From Eledone cirrhosa (lineage: Eukaryota), in assembly GCA_964016885.1 (NCBI GenBank), contig OZ024757.1, forward strand, positions 42,718,001 to 42,782,000: 64,000 nucleotides of DNA. The letters run 5' to 3'. The position numbers and the translations under genes are program-made. The notes below the pieces were generated by a model. That model was not told the origin of the DNA, ran no database searches, and saw only the letters and a list, made by a program, of their open reading frames with translations. Positions 61,331-64,000 of this stretch are shown here, in pieces. Within the stretch, counting starts at the first letter, position 1. Each line of letters opens with the position of its first letter.

Positions 61331-64000
61331 CGTGGGTGCCGGACCGTAGTGCGCATGCGCCAAGGCCGCCGGACCGTAATGCGCATGCGCCAAGGCCGCC
61401 GGACCGTAGTGCGCATGCGCCAAGACCGACTGACTGTACTGCGCATGTGTCATCGTCGCAGTACCGCACTGCGCATGCGGTAAGGCCGCCGGACCGTACT
61501 GCGCATGCGCCAAGGCCGCCGGACCGTAGTGCGCAGGCGCCAAGGCCGCCGGACCGTAGTGCGCATGCACCAAGGCCGCCTGAGTGTACTGCGCATGCAT
61601 CAAGGTCCCAGTACCGCACTGCGCATGCGCAAAGGCCGCCGGACAGTAGTGCGCATGCGCCAGAGCCGCCGAACCGTAGTGCGCATGCGCCAAGGCCGCC
61701 GGACCGTAGTGCGCATGGGCCAAAGCCGCCCGACCGTACTGCGCATGCGCTAAGTCCGTAGTACCGTACTGCGCATGCTACAAGGCCGCAGTACCGTACT
61801 GCGCATGCGACAAGGCCGCAGTACCGTAGTGCGCATGCGCCAAGGCCACCGGACCGTAGTGCGCATGAGCCAAGGCCGCCGGACCGTACTGCGCATGCGC
61901 CAAGCCCGCCGGACCGTAGTGCGCATGCGCCAGAGCCGCCGAACCGTGGTGCACATGCGCCAAGCCCGCCGGACCGTAGTGCGCATGCGCCAAGGCCGCC
62001 GGACCATACACCGCATGCGCCAAGGCCGCCGGACCATACTCCGCATGCGCCAAGGCCGCCGGACCGTTGTGCGCATGCGCCAAGGCCGCCTGACGACTGC
62101 GCATGCGTCAAGGTCGCAATACCGAACTGCGCATGCGCTAAGGCCGGCGGACCGTAGTGCGCATTCGCCAAGGCCGCCGGACCGTAGTGCGCATTCGCCA
62201 AGGCCGCCGGACCGTAGTGCGCATGCGCCAAGGCCGCCGGACCGTAGTGCGCATGCGCCAAGGCCGCCTAACTGTACTGCGCATGCGTCAAGGTCGCAGT
62301 ACCGAACTGCGCATGCGCTAAGGCCGCCGGACCGTACTGCGCATGCGCCAAGGCCGCCGGACCGTAGTGCGCATGCGCCAAAGCCGCCGAACCGTAGTGC
62401 GCATGCGCCAAGGTCGCCGGACCTGACTGCGCATGCGCCGCGGCCGCCGGACCGTACTGCGCATGCCCCAAGGCCGCCTGGTTGTACTGCGCATGCCCCA
62501 AGGCTGCCTGGTTGTACTGCTAATGCCCCAAGGCCGCCCGACCGTAGTGCGAATGCGCCAAGGCCGCCTGACCGTAGTGCGCATGCGCCAAGGCCGCCGG
62601 AGCGTAGTGCGCATGCGTCAAGGTCGCAGTACCGAACTGCGCATGCGCTAAGGCCGCCGGACCGAACTGCGTATGGGCTAAGGCCGCCGGACCGTACTGC
62701 GCATGCGCCAAAGCCGCCGGACCGTAGTGCGCATGCGTCAAGGTCGCAGTACCGAACTGCGCATGCGCTAAGGCCGCCGGACCGTACTGCGCATGCGCCA
62801 AGGCCGCCGGACCGTACTGCGCATACCCCAAGGCCGCCTGGTTGTACTGCGCATGCCCCAAGGCCGCCCGACCGTAGTGCGCATGCGCCAAAGCCGCCGA
62901 ACCGTAGTGCGCATGCGCCAAGGCCGCCTAACTGTACTGCGCATGCGTCAAGGTCGCAGTACCGAACTGCGCATGCGCCAAGGCCGCCGGACCGTACTGC
63001 GAATGCGCCAAGGCCGCCGGACCGTAGTGCGCATGCGCCAAAGCCGCCGAACCGTAGTGCGCATGCGCCAAGGCCGCCGGACCATACTGCGCACGCATGC
63101 GCCGCGGCCGCAGGACCGTAGTGCGCATGCGCCAAGGCCGCCTGGTTGTACTGCGCATGCGCCAAGGCCGCCGGACCGTAGTGCGCATGCGCCAAGGCCG
63201 CCTGACTGTACTGCGCATGCGTCAAGGCCGCAGTACCGAACTGCGTATGGGCTAAGGCCGCCGGACCGTAGTGCGCATGCGCCAAGGCCGCCGGACCGTA
63301 GTGCGCATGCGCCAAGGCCGCCGGACCATACTGCGCATGCGCCAAGGCCGCCGGACCGTAGTGCGCATGCGCCAAGGCCGCCTAACTGTACTGCGCATGC
63401 GTCAAGGTCGCAGTACCGTACTGCGCATGCGCCAAGGCCGCCGAACCGTACTGCGCATGCGCCAAGGCCGCCGAACCGTACTGCGCATGCGCCAAGGCCG
63501 CCGAACCGTACTGCGCATGCGCCAAAGCCGCCGAACCGTAGTGCGCATGCGCCAAAGCCGCTGGACCGTAGTGCGCATGCGCCAAGGCCACTGGACCGTA
63601 CTGCGCGTGCTCTAAGACCGTCGGACCGCAGTGCGCATGCCCCAAGGCCGTCGGACCGTAGTGCGCATGCGCCAAGGCCGCCAGACCGTAGTGCGCATGC
63701 GCCAAGGCCGCCGAACCGTACTGCGCATGCGCCAAGGCCGCCGAACCGTACTGCGCATGCGCCAAGGCCGCCGAACCGTACTGCGCATGCGCCAAGGCCG
63801 CCGAACCGTACTGCGCATGCGCCAAAGCCGCCGAACCGTAGTGCGCATGCGCCAAAGCCGCTGGACCGTAGTGCGCATGCGCCAAGGCCACTGGACCGTA
63901 CTGCGCATGTACCAAGGCCGCCGTCGTAGTGCGCATGCGCCAAGGCCGCCGGAACTTTGTGCGCATGCGCCAAGGCCGCCGGACCGTAGTGCGCATGCGC

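Larger units (their letters stand above)
58835..63605 (+). repeat. Third, partial and more diverged copy of the block around island 5
   Basis: ORF matches 37919/58904, 38538/59523, 40200/61275 and 40700/61775; offset shifts by whole monomers; boundaries approximate. Confidence 0.8.
1..64000. repeat. 30-bp GC-rich tandem satellite array (consensus GCGCATGCGCCAAGGCCGCCGGACCGTA[G/C]T), interrupted by ten AT-rich islands; runs off both window ends
   Basis: 30-bp period visible throughout (two monomers per 60-nt line); translates as 10-aa repeats in all six frames (MRQGRRTVVR / AHAPRPPDRS / GACALRSGGL). Confidence 0.99.

Noticed and set aside
1-64000. Hundreds of long ORFs (up to 895 aa) of Arg-, Pro/His- or Gly/Cys/Ala-rich decapeptide repeats
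   Set aside because: They overlap in all six frames, arise because a 30-bp GC-rich unit has few stop codons, change frame at 1-2 bp indels and contain no non-repetitive domain; no evidence of coding constraint
1-64000. CRISPR-like reading: palindromic repeat, 20-bp spacers and AT-rich leader
   Set aside because: The repeat is only 10 bp, the 'spacers' are all variants of one sequence rather than unique, orientation flips, and there are no cas genes
1-64000. Viral origin arrays (EBV oriP 30-bp family of repeats, baculovirus hr palindromes) or plasmid iterons
   Set aside because: Only the unit length or palindrome content is analogous; I recognise no sequence similarity, the scale (>64 kb) is far larger, and no viral or plasmid genes are present
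1-64000. rRNA, tRNA or telomeric repeats
   Set aside because: No recognisable structural RNA sequence and no TTAGGG/TTAGG-type arrays; the TTTTAG motifs in islands belong to the 41-bp unit

Overview
This window has no credible genes. It is a GC-rich (~73% by consensus) 30-bp tandem satellite of roughly 1,900 monomers, consensus GCGCATGCGC-CAAGGCCGCCGGACCGTA(G/C)T, i.e. a 10-bp perfect palindrome plus a 20-bp directional linker. All ORFs in the track are read-throughs of this period. Bases 1-19216 are almost entirely forward monomers. From 19217 to the end, ten near-identical AT-rich islands (572-606 bp, ~30% GC) occur every 2.3-7.2 kb. Each island is built from a second, degenerate 41-bp repeat with four A-tracts (~10.25-bp spacing), and this repeat reverses orientation inside the island. 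Nine of the ten islands are preceded by a 0.4-1.0 kb arm of inverted 30-mers, so both repeat families point outward from a shared centre in a nested fold-back arrangement. The island-free left domain keeps 'ghost' copies of the island flanks without the island. Several orientation switches, including a single flipped linker at 55373-55392, fall exactly on the GCGCATGCGC palindrome. Recent multi-kb tandem duplications (3,893 and 7,493 bp) are also visible. It looks like eukaryotic heterochromatic or centromeric-type satellite DNA, but the organism and function cannot be determined from the sequence alone. Coordinates were read by eye and junction positions may be off by a few bases.
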